A DNA stretch of 64,000 bases from an uncultured Acidobacteriota bacterium (GTDB lineage Bacteria > Acidobacteriota > Blastocatellia > RBC074): assembly GCA_963796275.1 (NCBI GenBank), contig CAWCKY010000001.1:1-64000 (forward strand), read 5' to 3'. Shown piece by piece: positions 63,315 to 64,000 of this stretch (its first letter is position 1; each line of letters starts with the position of its first letter). The position numbers were made by a program, and so were the translations under genes. The notes beneath the pieces are model-generated. The model was not told the DNA's origin, did not search any database, and worked only from the letters and a program-made list of their open reading frames with translations.

Positions 63315-63564
63315 AGAGAAAGTCGCGGTGGGAATGGAGAAGCGAATGTGTTTTCGAAAGTGGGCGCATCTTCAGTAAATACAGTGTCATTTATAGCGCT
63401 CGGGAGATATCCTTTTGGCATGCGATTCAGCTTATGTAGGTGGCCAGCCTATGGCGACTGCTGTAAAAAAATGATACATCGATTTGGTGGAAATGAGTTC
63501 GAAAATATGACGTTCGACAACGTACCGTAACCAGACCACCTTTCCTAACCAAAACCATCGGGTC

Positions 63565-64000
63565 GTGATCCAGCGATGCAAAACGATCGAGGAGGCGGTT
63601 GAGTTTCATCGCGAGTTGATCCGCGATCACAACCGGTTGCCGCACTGGGCGCACCATCTCCGCAACGACGGGAAGCATTCGCCGCTGAAAGTGCTCGAAG
63701 ACGCCAGAGGCAAGCAGGTTGAACCGTCCGATCTGCAGCGGGCCTTCGGGCAACGATACTGTCAGCGGATGACCGACGCGCGTGGCTTTGTCAAAATCGG
63801 GCGATGGAAGATCTACATCGAGGAAGCTTTGCCACGCACACATATCCAGCTGTCGTTTTGGGATGGACGCCTACGTGCCGAGTATCAATCACAAGTCCTG
63901 GCAGAGTACCGGTGCAAGTGGGGCAAAAAGGCTGACCGCCCGACAGCGATCTCACAGCCCATTCACTACGCTCACCCATTCCAATCGAGACAGATGATGT
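63565..64000 (+). pseudogene. transposase C-terminal fragment (IS481/integrase-like), runs off window
   Basis: Open frame ..HRELIRDHNRLPHWAH..DGKHSPLKVL..RMTDARGFVKIGRWKIY; no start or catalytic core upstream. Confidence 0.55.

Overview
A 64-kb accessory region of a moderately GC-rich bacterium. Gene content and style suggest Acidobacteriota/Blastocatellia, which is inference. It is a patchwork of intact genes, duplicated modules and many remnants. (1) 0-16.8 kb is a general-stress island: CsbD-like, GlsB/YeaQ, three lmo0937-type peptides, YggT, DUF1003, a DUF883/YtxH-like gene, a desaturase, an L,D-transpeptidase, a large LamG/FN3/PQQ-sugar-dehydrogenase/PKD protein and several Crp/Fnr paralogs. 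Six copies of a palindrome, GTCCAATATTGGAC or a 1-nt variant, are centred at -41.5 or -42.5 relative to a -10 hexamer. They lie next to a Crp with a non-canonical 'TTRPRIS' recognition helix. (2) An IS3-family element, sigma-54 and Crp regulators, a thermonuclease-Ada protein, a 2194-aa TamB-TamA(Omp85) fusion and an IS607 element with catalytically intact TnpB. (3) 35-64 kb holds mobile-element debris, including SprT-like copies, umuD and tyrosine-recombinase remnants, and two families of duplicated structured non-coding elements. It also has an ECF sigma / Cys-rich peptide / thioredoxin module, an RHS toxin with a TPR partner, an integron gene cassette with a canonical attC but no integrase, an NYN nuclease with a 5' hairpin, and CheB, OsmC and OmpA genes. 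No rRNA, tRNA or CRISPR array was seen. All calls come from reading the sequence and ORF track by eye; no searches were run.
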